A stretch of DNA of 64,000 nt from Lytechinus pictus (lineage: Eukaryota), in contig NC_087250.1 in assembly GCF_037042905.1 (NCBI RefSeq), positions 11,534,001 to 11,598,000 on the forward strand, written 5' to 3'. The translations under genes were made by a program, and so were the position numbers. Within the stretch, counting starts at the first letter, position 1, and each line of letters opens with the position of its first letter. Shown here piece by piece: positions 49,952 through 62,094 of this stretch. The notes beneath the pieces are model-generated. The model was given only the letters and a program-made list of their open reading frames with translations, was not told where the DNA came from and did not search any database.

Positions 49952-52900
49952 TACCCCATTTATTCCATTCTTAGAAGTCACAGTATGTCATCGTTGCTCC
50001 CCCTACTCCCCCCGACAACATACCAATTCTTCATCTTCTTTAGATTTGCTTCACATCGAAAATTATCTTATCCTCTAATCTCTCTCACCAAAAGAAATGT
50101 CCTCCTTGATACACAGTCAAAGCCATCTTAGCAGCCACCAGTTTATTGTGAAAACCAGTCTTTAGTGGCCACCAATAATACCCACCGAGTATCTCCTATA
50201 TGAAAGGAATGCATGCAAGGGAACCTGTCTTAAGTGGAAACAGTGTCTTATCTTAGGAGACCTTAAAAGGTTTGATTGAGTATTCTCCTCTCTTATCTTC
50301 CCTTAAACAATTCCTACCATCAAATTCTTTTTCCCAATTTTTCCCTTCCATCCTCGATTAAAACCAATTCGTTCATCCACCTCTCTCAGTCTCTGAACCC
50401 GTTCCACCACCCCCAACCCACCCGTGCACTGCTAACCAACCAGCCAGAAAATACAAGCAATGGACGCATGGTAGTGTACAACCACCGGACCGTGCAAACC
50501 AAAATTCCATGGCAGCGAACGACTCGGCAGAGAGCAAAAGTACCAAAATGATCAGCGCCGAGGCCATCTTTTCCCCTTGTCTCCGAATCAGCGTGGCTAG
50601 CGACGTTAATTATAGGCCTGGTTTTCTAAAATGCAACATATTACATGGTCAACTGTGCATGTAATGTCGCTTATCACCGCGAGAGAAGAGGACTTGATTT
50701 TTTTTATTCATAGTATAGGGGAGGAAGCACAAAAGCAGTGCATTTTTTTTTTATTTCATTACATTGACAAGCAAGGTTTCTTTTCCCTAGGATTCCTTTT
50801 GGAGACTTGGAGAGGAAAAACAGGAGAACATTTTCTTTGATTTCTTGAAGTTGGGGATAAATACACTTTAAATTACTCCAACATATACCTTAAAAACCCT
50901 GTCAAGACTCATTTTGAACAATCATTTTTGGAAAAGGGGGGGTGGAAGGGACATGCTGATGGAAAACAATACTTGATCATAATCATTTCTAACAAAAATA
51001 GGGGTAAAGACAGAAACGACCAAGTCATATCTTTTTCATTGTACCTTTTTTTAAGTGTCCCTTTCCATTCATCTTCATTTCTCAATTCTACCTATCACTT
51101 GCACAATCATGACAGGGTGGGGGGCTCACCTCTGTTCATATATTTCATCCATGGCCAGCAGAACACATTTATTGTGGAGAATTAGAACAAAACGATAAGT
51201 CTGGAGTTCCGTACAAGTCACTCCATGAGTGCAAGGATCGACTTCTGTGGCAATTGGTGTCTTATTCATAATTCATATACAATTGCACAATGTATCAAGA
51301 ATCATGAAATTAATTGATTTGTATTCATCATGCTATTTTCATTCATTGTACCACACATGTTCATGAATGTAACAGAAAAGAACTAATCTGAATTAATTGT
51401 AGGCCTAATTGACTTTCTATGGAAGAAAAATTAATTTTTCATACAGGCAATCAATAGACATATTGTATCCAATTTGCTATGCAATACTGCGGAGATTTTG
51501 ATATAGACTAAGAAAATAATTACTGTGTAAGTTTTTCAATATAAATTCATATACACTAGGGGCTACATCAAGATATAGAGTGCTAAATTAAGATACAGAA
51601 TGCTACACCATGTATACATACACTCCCTCACGCAGCAGGGACAGCTACATGTATACCTAAATATTTACCAAGATTGAAAAAATAATCATTCTATGATGGA
51701 CATAATTTCTCCAATAAATAAAAATCCCTCCTCTTGAAACCAAAGAAAAACAAAATTGTCCACCATCTAACAAGGTTATAATCCCGTGGTCAAAAATTGC
51801 GGTTTTGGGGGTACAATATCCCCTTCTCAAATCTCATTAAAATATTACGAAGCACATCCCCCGTCCTGACAGGCTGGTTCTTTAATCTAATCAGTATGGT
51901 TTAAATTTGAAATGAAAACAAACCGTTATCTACTACAGATGTTGACATAGGATAATCATCCCTGCATATAACTTCTCTTGTGTAAAGATAATGTATAGCC
52001 CTATGGCTATGGACAAATTCTAAATATGAGTAACCCCATGCTAAGATTTAAATATATATTTTTTCCAATTCAATCTATTTAAAATAAATAATTCATAAAC
52101 AAAATTTAAAGCTATTTTTTAATTACTCAGTTGCTGTTCTTGCATTTTTGGACACCTAGGAAAAGAAATTGATATCAAGGTGCAAACATTTCTTATCCAG
52201 TCAGACGCGACTTAGCAACCACCTGACTATAGTGGAAAACTGTCTTTAGTATCTTTCAAGATTTTCTCTCACCTGAACAGAGTATGTGTTAAAGACAGAA
52301 CCTGTCTACAAAGGCCACTTGCCTACAGTGGCCAATTTCACTATTTCCATTGGGTGGACTTCATCGACAGGTTTGACTTCAAATTGCTTTCTATCCTAAA
52401 AGAGGCATCATTGTTTTCATCCTTCTACATGATTTAAATAAAAATGAAGCTAGTTTGGACTTCACTCTTAACTAGCTTGTAATTAAGAGTGCAGAATTTT
52501 GCCACTTTCCCAAAAGTCGCATTTCCCAAAAAGAGAGGCCTATACAGAGACAGATAGGAGTGATACCTCGACTGTTTCAATACAACCAAATTTCATTTGA
52601 TAGGTAATTAATTATCTCTCTAATTTGCGCTTGTCACTCATACACCGTCTACGGTAGCCTGGCGGGCCCGGCAGCGGCGGGATCGGATTTCCCCACGAAA
52701 TAGCGCAGGTCTTTGAGAAGAGGGGATCGGAATCTGGGTATCTGCTGTCATCAAATTTATGCCGCGATGCCAAATTGGGCTAATTTGATCAGAGGGAAAT
52801 GGTCAAAGATTAAGTGCAGTTCTGCCGGAGTTGTGGTGGAGGGGAGAAGAGATTTGTTGAGAGAGAAAGGTGAAGGGAAAAAGTGAAGGAGCAAATTAAA

Positions 52901-53405
52901 CAGGTGATAAGGATATATATGATAAGATATCTAGAATGAAAAAATATCTAGTAGATAAAAAAAAAATAACAGAGAAATCTTTATGTATGTATTCAAAAGA
53001 TCTATATGATTAAATCTGTCTATTAATTACCATCTATGGGAAAATGCCTCTAAATGTATAACAATTATTCCTTTAAAATGAGAAAGAATTATGGTGGCCA
53101 CTAATGGCAGGTTTTCACTAAAGACAAGTGGCTGCTAAATTTTAACCATCTGAAATGTATGATAATTACTATGAGACTAACAAATTTCATTGGTCGTTTC
53201 ATTTATGATGCTGAAGAGTGATGCCTTTCTGTCTTGGATTTCAGAAACTCCCCTTCATTTGAACTTTGTTTCTCTATCATAAATGATATGGAGAGGCTCG
53301 TGCAAATAAATGTTGTTTTACTGTACAGTAATGTATTATCTGACTGTAATTTTGTTCTGTGATCCTCCTCTTCAAAGTAACAATAAAAAGAACAATAATA
53401 CATGT

Positions 53406-53530
53406 TAATAAATAAATGAATAAATAAATAAATGAATAAATAAATAAATAAATAAATAAGTAAATGAATAAATAAATGAATAAATAAATAAATCTATAAA
53501 TGAATAAATAAATAAATAAATAAATAAATT
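53406..53530. repeat. (TAAA)n microsatellite
   Basis: Direct inspection. Confidence 0.95.
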
Positions 53531-53799
53531 AAATGGCCTTATAATTACTGATGATCTGATTAAAACCTATACAAACATCATTCACACTGGGCTCAGTTGA
53601 ACTGGCAAGAAACTTGTGCTCAAACGAAACAGTCTTTCATTATGTAGTTTGTTTAATAACCTTGTTTCATTTTTCAGATGACCTACATTAGCCAAATGAT
53701 ATTCCTCCACTGCTTGTAAATTGAACACCCAAACAATGCTAAACTACGAGACAGATTGGGGTTAAAACCCCAAATAGACACTCCCCATTGAACATAAGA

Positions 53800-54300
53800 A
53801 ATAAATGTGATAATTACTCGAGATGGATATCTCCAACGCCTGGGGCACAACAAGACCGTCATTCCCCCATGCACGAGACGCACCGATAACAACAATAAAT
53901 CAATTTCTATACCCGCCTTTTGCATCAAAGAATAACATTAACTCAACAGGGTGATTGTTGGTGTCGGAATCGCTTTCAAATTGACGGTATTTTGACTGCT
54001 GATTGTAACAAGATGATAGAGATTAGACGAACAATAAAGAGGGGTCGGGTTCCCACAGAGGGCGAAAAATTCATGTTTTGTCGTTCCCATCTTTGATGCG
54101 GTCATGAATGAGTGATTAGAGTTTAGCTACAATCTGGGCTATTTTGACAATGGACAGCTTTTGGGGACAAATAGACCGACACATAAATCATTGTTCGCAA
54201 TGTGATTGCGGGTGCTACTTTTGAGCTGTATCAGTGCTCTTTTGTCAACAAATTTATCACTCGGTCACTGTCGATGGCTTTTGGATGAAAAATTGCAGAG
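53800..54300. promoter_or_regulatory. Candidate Sox/TCF intronic enhancer
   Basis: CATCAAAG 53923, CTTTGATG 54091, four AACAAT/ATTGTT sites, AAATCAAT 53897, TTCCCAC 54050. Confidence 0.45.
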
Positions 54301-55014
54301 GTGTCTATTCTAAGATAGTTATCTACTTATCTAGGCAGATTTGATATACAAGTCCTGGATCTTTCAGAGGTCTCTATATGTTTTACAATTCATCTACTTT
54401 TCTCGGCTACTCTGATATGAATCAGTAACAAAAGTGAAGTCTCAACTAGAATAATGTCTATTGATGAGTTATCTATTCATCTTGGCTGTTAGGATTGTAA
54501 ATCAGTCTCAAAATCGTGCTAAATGTAGAGGTGTCTATTTTTAACAACTTATTTACTTTATCTAGGCTAATTTGATCTCATCTCAATACATGTTAGTTTC
54601 AAAAGTGAAGGGAAAAGGATGATAAATGAGTTTCAGAGTGTCTTTCGTTTTTTGTTGACCAGTGAAGTTTCATTGTAATGATGATTATGGGCATTTAATC
54701 TAAGGAAGGAAAGGTGACTGGATGACCATCGTAATAATTATGATTACGATACATGGTCCTAGTTTGACAAAGGGTAGCTAGTGACGTATTAATCAAAGTT
54801 GACCTTTTACTGTATTTACATTTGTGATACTTTTGTTAAAATAGGGCAGGATAATTGTCATCATTAATATCATGTGGTCATCATTTTTAGCCTTGTAGAC
54901 TTCAAATTGTAGATTTGAATGTCTAAATCTTTCTAAATTACTACAATGAAACTTTCTATCCCCTTCGATTTAGAAAATTATGATAAAAAGCGAGCGGAAA
55001 TGCAACAGAAATGA

Positions 55015-55225
55015 TTGTGATGGTGGTGGTGGTGATGAAGGTGATGATTATAATTACAATGATGATGATGATGGTGATGATGAGGAGGAGGGTAATAATG
55101 ATGATGATAATATGAATGGCAACGATGATGATGATGATGATGATGATGGCCATGATGATGGCGATAATGGTGGTGGTCATGATTACAATGATAATGTTAA
55201 TGATGGCAACGGTCATTGCAATGAT
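55015..55225. repeat. (GAT/GGT)n degenerate microsatellite
   Basis: Direct inspection. Confidence 0.9.
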
Positions 55226-55699
55226 AAAGGTTTTCCTTTTTTTTACAATTTTAATGGACAACAACATAAAAGCAAAAATCTCAAAAATGATGCTTAGAAA
55301 CAATAATGACAGAATCAGTGGCACAAGAACTCAAACACAAATACCCAACTGTGCAGAACACAGCAATACCCTACCATTTCAGCTACTATTGAGTTTATCC
55401 CTATAATATGTAGGGTAATGGTAATCTGAACTCTCTTTCGTCCTAAAATCCCAGTTGGAAAGGTCCTAAGGTACACTGTCCATTTCTTATTTGATTTTAC
55501 CTTTAAAGGGGAGTCTACCCTCCCTACCGCTAATTAATGCTTTTCCTATTCTGTTTGAACTTGTAATGTATCCTTGTAATAAAGGGTTCCCTTTTAAACA
55601 TGGCTTGTCCGGAGCCTCTGAGCTGTCTATGTGTTTTTAATTTTTTGTCACTTTGTGAATATTTTATCTTGTTTTTGTTTATTCCTTTGATGGTTGAAA

Positions 55700-55945
55700 G
55701 AATGAATGAGTGAGTGAGTGAGTGGGTGAATGAATGAATGAGTGAATGAATAAATGAGTGAGTGAATGAATTAATAAATGAGTGAGTGAATGAGTGAGTG
55801 AATGAATGAGTGAATGATTAACTGAATGAATAAGTGAATGGATGAATAAATGAAGTAATTAATGAGTGAATGAATGAATAAATCAATGAATGACAAATAA
55901 ATGGATGGATGAATGAATGAGTGAAAAAATAAATGAATGAAGAAA
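55700..55945. repeat. (GAAT/GAGT)n microsatellite
   Basis: Direct inspection. Confidence 0.95.
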
Positions 55946-57805
55946 GTGAATGCTATGCCTTCACAGCTACAAGACAAACAGTTGAATTTCATAATCACAA
56001 TTGCCTCCCCCACCCCCTAAGGTTGTGTATATGCCTTTGGCTACTTCATTCTTGAAGCCTTAAAGATAGGTGAAACTGCTTTTGACTACACAAATGTTGA
56101 AGACACAAGATGATCATGCACACACCATCTCTTTAAAGTCAAGTATAAGTGAATGTCTGTGCATATACATAGCGGACACAGGGGAACACAGCTACTTCCA
56201 TTGACTAAATCGGCAAGAAAATGCTTACGCACCATAAGAGGCAATTCTTGGGGGCTAGTCTTCACCCGCAGAAGCTGAATTGTGTGACACATCACTTTAA
56301 GAACTAGTGTCACCGTGATCTTGTACACAACTTACTCCACCCCTACCCATCAAAAAAAAATGTTCTGAAGATAAAGTAAGAGAAACATGTCTTTGCGTCC
56401 TATCATCTTTAACATGGATTATCAGAACCTACATTTCAGCCTAAGCCTAAACATCTATCTAAAAACTTCAACACCCTATTAAACTACAGCTTGCTTGGTA
56501 TCTCCAACCAGATACATTTTATGTGCTCCTATACATGTGAATAGTACTTGATCTCACTAAACATGCTTACCAATATAGGTAACACCTAACACCTTAAAAA
56601 TCCTACACTTCATGAATATTCCTAACATTACTTTAAACCCTACACTCTACACTGTCCTAAATATCACAAATGTTACACTTACACAAAACCCTACCTTTTC
56701 AATAAACTTTTACACCATCAATTGTATTAATTAAACACTACGCACTACAGTGTATCTACCTATCACCTTCCAACACCTATCCATAACACGGACATTAAAA
56801 CTCAATTGCACCTTGAAACCCTCGTTGCATTTTTTAGGGGAGGGGCAGGAACTTAAAAGACACCCCTACATGTACATTACATCAAAGTTAAAAGGGGAAA
56901 TGGCTGGAAGCAGAGATGCAGTCTGGGGCTGAGTGACAGAGACTAGCGGCGTTGGCTGGCGTTTAACTCCTGCTACCGTGGCCGAGTAGGGGGGAAACAA
57001 TACGGTGTGCGTTTGCGCCGGTGACTTGATTGAATTACCCCATCCATTCGCTTTAATTGATGTGATTAAACAAGCCCGGGAGCGAAGGGAGGGGAGGAGA
57101 CGGCTAGCGCTGGAGGCCTCTCCCGCGGGGCAGCCCTCTGGCCTACCTCCACGCGTCGTTGTGGGATGCGGGGACCGAGTAAGGGGGTGTGCATGCATAT
57201 TATTGCTCACGTTATATACTTGGATCACTCTCGGCCTTTTATCTTCAGTTAATAGTTTACCATTTAGCTGCTAGCCATCAGAGGTGCTTAAAGTAGTATA
57301 ATGTTGCCATGTCAAATGGTGTATTAAGGATTGAAGTTGACCTTTTTATACAGTCATGCTTCTATTTATAGCATCAGTGGAAAACATTAACTAATAAGTT
57401 GTATTCTGGTGTTAGGTATCATCTTATCTTGATGATTTTTTTTTATCGTTTGCAATGTATTACACATATAACCAGGGACCTGTTTCACAAAACTTGTTAT
57501 ACTAACAAACTTGCAATAACAGTTAAAAGCTACTGAAATCCTTCATTCTGATTGGCTAATAGGAAACTTGTTGTATAAATTGTGCATTTGTTATTATAAG
57601 AAGTCTTTACGACATGGGACCCAGGGCTGCATTTTCAGTAATATTCATAATGATAATTTACTAGTCTATCTGTTGAGAGATAAAAATCATTTTTATTGAT
57701 AAACTTATAAGTAAATTTGTTGCTTTGTAGGCCTCAGTAATTATAACAAGACACCTACATGTTGATAACTTATTGTAGATGTTAAATTACTAAAGTATCA
57801 GATCT

Positions 57806-58080
57806 GGGGCCCATCTTACAAAGAGTTACGATTGATCCGATCAATCGCAACTATGGAAATCCAGCAAAGTCAAAATATATACATAATGCATGTTTGTTCA
57901 AAAAAAATTCTAGATATGAATGCATATCCATAAATTCATTGATTTCTTGACAATTTGGTGTTCTCCTTTGTTTACAATTGACATTTTGCAAATTTTCGTG
58001 CAGAAAAAATTATGACACAGATGGATTTCCATACAGTTACGATTGATTGGATCCATCGTAACTCTTTGTAAGATGGGGCC
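57806..58080. mobile_element. GGGGCCC-type MITE
   Basis: About 30-bp TIRs GGCCCATCTTACAAAGAGTTACGATTGATCC / GGATCCATCGTAACTCTTTGTAAGATGGGGCC; relatives at 9191-9446 and about 12957-13640. Confidence 0.85.
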
Positions 58081-58337
58081 GTGACCACAAGATCTACATA
58101 ACACATCTATGTACAGTCCAAATAGTAAGACACAGCAATATTCATTAACATCAAATTTACACCTATTTTCCTTTCAGAATATTTTTATTTTCTGAGAAGG
58201 ATCAGAATTACAAGTAATCTCCATAAGATGTGAAATAACCAAGGGCAAATGAGGCCATCCTGCATACAATGGGAGGTACATAAACAAGCTTGCTGACATT
58301 CAAAGGGGGGGTTATAAAAGGTAGCAACATGAAGGCA

Positions 58338-58353
58338 TAGTAGTAGTAGTGGT

Positions 58354-58393
<40 letters not shown>

Positions 58394-58490
58394 CAGTAGT
58401 AGTGTAGTAGGATAATAATAGTAGTAGTATTAGAAGTAGTAGTAGTAGTAGACAGTGGTGTAGTAGTAGTAGTAGTAGTAGTAGTAGTAA

Positions 58491-58526
<36 letters not shown>

Positions 58527-58645
58527 AAGTAGTAGTAGTGGTGTAGTAGTCGTAGTAGTAGTAGCAGCAGTAGTAGTAGTGTAGTAGGATAAAAATAGTA
58601 GTGGTAGTGGTATTAGAAGTAGTAGTAGTAGTAGGCAGTGGTGTA

Positions 58646-58735
<90 letters not shown>

Positions 58736-58858
58736 ATAGTAGTAGTAGTAGTAGTAGTAGTAGGAGTAGTAAAAGTAGTAGTAGTAGGAGTCGTAGAAGT
58801 AGTAGTAGAAGTAGTAATAATAGTAGAAGTAGTAGTTGTACTGTAGTAGTAGTAGTAA

Positions 58859-58908
<50 letters not shown>

Positions 58909-59005
58909 AATGTAGGGTGATAGTAGTAGTAGCAGCAGTGGGTAGTAGCGTAGTAGAATAATAATAGTAGTAGTAGTAGTAGTAAATGTAGGATGGTAGT
59001 AGTAC
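58338..59005. repeat. (GTA)n microsatellite of about 670 bp with higher-order duplicated interruptions
   Basis: Direct inspection; the interruption block GTGTAGTAGGATAA.AATAG...TATTAGAAG...CAGTGGTG occurs twice. Confidence 0.97.
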
Positions 59006-60286
59006 AAGTGTAATAGCGGTAAACGTAGTAGTGAAAGTGGAAGTATGAGTAAAGAGAGTAATCAGTACAAGGAGTGAACAACAATATTTATACTCCATGT
59101 TTTTCTTCAAATTTCTAAGTAAATACCCTTAAATGTGTATTCCTAATCATTAGAGACAGACAATGCACATGTGAACCTTGCAATATCTTTTATTTCCATT
59201 GTCGGTGTACCAAAAGCAACTGAATGAAACTCTTTAACAAGAAGGGGAATAGGACTCGTCATCTCAAAACTCGTAGCTCACATTTTCCTTTCTTTTTTCC
59301 AAAGTATCTATTCACCTTCAAAGACACTCTACATAGATGTATGAACTTTCCTTAAACCTAAAAAGAAGACACTAACGATGCATAGAGGCATCAAGTGTTT
59401 AGATGCCAATGCATCTATTTGCATTCATTGAATCTGAGATTCACTTAACTGCACGTGGTCAGTGCCAATTTCCCCCCTCATGTGAAAGCCAGATATCTTT
59501 CTTAGCCATTGTCCTGTGGAAATTGCTGCGGAATCGATGTGGAAACGGACAGTATGGTGCATCTCAATGTGGGGGTTGCTATGGTCTGTCTGGGCTGGAA
59601 TTTATTCAAATTAAACACCTCTTGGAAACCAATTTGCCACTTCTTCTTTTTATTTCTGGCCAACTTGCTTGATTAACATCTCGTTTTCCACGCTTATATT
59701 CCTTTGAACTTAAGTAGAAGTGCCCTGTCCCCCTCTCTATAAATGCACTTTCTGTACATCTGATTTGATCAAATACATGTATACTAGCAAATATAGTCAT
59801 ACAGTTAGTAACACATTGGGACAATTTTTTGAGGGGCTGGGTTTTTGGAATATGGTTCCTCATTCCTGAAAATGAACAGCTGGCCAAAACAATATATTTT
59901 TTTTTCAAAGTTGGTAATAGTTTTGACATGGAAATAATCAGATATCCATTAAATTGGATTGAAATTAAGATTTCAAAAAGTGACATGCAATTATCTAACC
60001 AAAAAAAAAATGTTTCATTTTATATTTTTTTATGATGTACATATTTACTTATATATTGTTATATATTTTTTCTATACATTTTTTAGGGGGGAGCAAAGTT
60101 TGAAGGGCACTTGCCCCCTAACCCAAGCTGGTACATGATCATTGCACCTGTACATATTCAAGCCTTTAATTTATAGCAAGTTTTTAATGTAAATCTTTCA
60201 AGCATCTCCTGGAATATTTTGTTTCGATCCTCCACCTGATATTTACTCATTGCTCTCTAGAATTTCATATTTTTGGTTTTTTTACA

Positions 60287-60480
60287 GTGACATTTGCTCT
60301 GGCGACAATTGCTCGGCTCTAAATTCCACACACTAATTGGATGAGCAACTTCAACCCTTTGCTTATTAATACTATACCCTACCCTAAACCTAAAATATAA
60401 AACCCTATTGCAACCCTAACCCTAACCCTGCACCTTAGACAAAATTAATCCCGGAGCGACTGTCGCAGGAGCAAGTGTGT
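60287..60480. mobile_element. Second copy of the 14502-14830 element family, without the palindromic inserts
   Basis: GACATTTGCTCTGGCGACAATTGCTC ... CCGGAGCGACTGTCGCAGGAGCAA; internal CTATACCCTACCCTAAACC. Confidence 0.8.
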
Positions 60481-60997
60481 ACAATGCCCATTATCCTATG
60501 TAATTTCTCATTTGATGACTCCCTTTAATGACAAAATCCACCCATAAACCTCAAATCTCGACTCCCAATCCATACTTGTAGTGGCATACGTGGGACTATA
60601 GAAAACTCTGCCTGTTAATTAAATGGGTAAATACACCGTCACTTGTCCGTCGCACCGGCATGCCGAATTTAATAACAACCCTACTCTAGAAACACAATTA
60701 TTTGACGGTACGATGGTGTTCGACGCTTTGTTGGGGCATGTTTCACGCTCTGTATGTAGTCCATGCAGCGTCTTCAACATTTTTCACGCACTAAAATGCG
60801 TGTAATGCACTTACTTTGGGGGCACAATGTTATACAAATCTCCAAACATTTTGCAGACGCATGAATATAAAAGGTAGATATCATCTTTATTCATCTAGTA
60901 TATGAGCTAACATTCATTTTCTAAATGAGTATAGTTTATTTATCCAATGTCAATGATCACATCATTAAAAGATTTAGTAGGCCTAAATGTATACATT

Positions 60998-61640
60998 GAT
61001 GTACAGAGGGAAATAATTTAAAAAAGTGCAGGTATTTAAACATATAGGAATAGTACTAGTGAGAACAATAATAACGATACTCCTAATTCTGATAATATCA
61101 TAAATATAATTTAATGATAATGATAAATAATGACTCAAAAATTAATATGACGAATATCCAATACACCCCTCCTTATCAGCTATTTACAGAACTTGATAAT
61201 GAAAACAAAACATCTCAAATGATGACCATGATGATGATCATAATAAAAATAATAATTATTACAAATTAAGAAATAAATATGTTGGATATCCAAAATACCC
61301 CTCAATAACGGCTTTTTACAGAACTTGAAAATCAAAACATTTATGTACAGAGGGAAATGATTAAAAAAGTGAAGGCATTTAAAAACAGGAACGGTACTAG
61401 TCATAATAATAATGATACTCCTACTACTGATAATGTAATAAATGTAATGATTTAATGATGATAATGATAATAACAATAATAATAATGATAACAAATTAAT
61501 ATTTGCAGAACTTGATAATGAAAACAGAACATCTCAAATGATGATCATAATAATAGTAATAATAATAATAATTATCAAGAATTGAGAAATTAATCTCAAT
61601 AACAGCTATTTACAGAACTTGAAAATCTAAACATCTCAAG
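60998..61640. repeat. Complex local duplications (units of about 100-340 bp)
   Basis: ATTTACAGAACTTGA...AACATCTCAA-like block recurs four times; ATGTACAGAGGGAAAT...AAAAAAGTG twice. Confidence 0.7.
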
Positions 61641-61891
61641 TAGTGATATACTCCAATACTGTATGAATATCTGTGCATGTTGGTGGGTATAAAATGAGGC
61701 CCAATCATAATAATGTGTAATTGTATTACGTTAAAACCCAATTGAATTATAGTGGCAACATATCAAGCTATATATGCATAGGTCCCCTTCCCTCTAGAAC
61801 ACAATTTGCCTACTGCAAAATGTGGATAGATGCATTCATGAGTGTTGATCTTAGAATGATGATGAAATTGATTTCCTGTACAAAGGGCCTA

Positions 61892-62094
61892 CACTCTAAA
61901 AACTCAGAGTAAAATTTTACCCAATATTGGATAGAAAGGGAACATGCAAGTTTGCTGGGTAATTTTTTGTAGCCCACATTGGGCTATTTCAAGGCAACAT
62001 TGCGTAAAATTGACAAAATATTGGTTATCTTCTTACCCAACCAACATGCATGTTCCCATTTTACCCAATATTGGGTAAACCTTTTTTTAGAGTG
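61892..62094. mobile_element. MITE with CAC termini and a TA duplication (CMC/EnSpm-like)
   Basis: TA|CACTCTAAAAA ... TTTTTAGAGTG|TA with subterminal TTACCCAATATTGG repeats. Confidence 0.8.

Noticed and set aside
50551..50570. REST/RE1-like motif TCAGCGCCGAGGCCAT
   Set aside because: Three mismatches in the core halves; not distinguishable from chance
54956..55406. Hydrophobic or acidic ORFs resembling membrane or Asp-rich proteins
   Set aside because: Translations of a (GAT)n tract
58185..59110. Long ORFs of 299, 231 and 165 aa
   Set aside because: Poly-L/T/Y/V translations of the (GTA)n microsatellite
60410..60430. CCCTAA repeats as interstitial telomere
   Set aside because: Only 2-3 units, internal to a dispersed inverted-repeat element family
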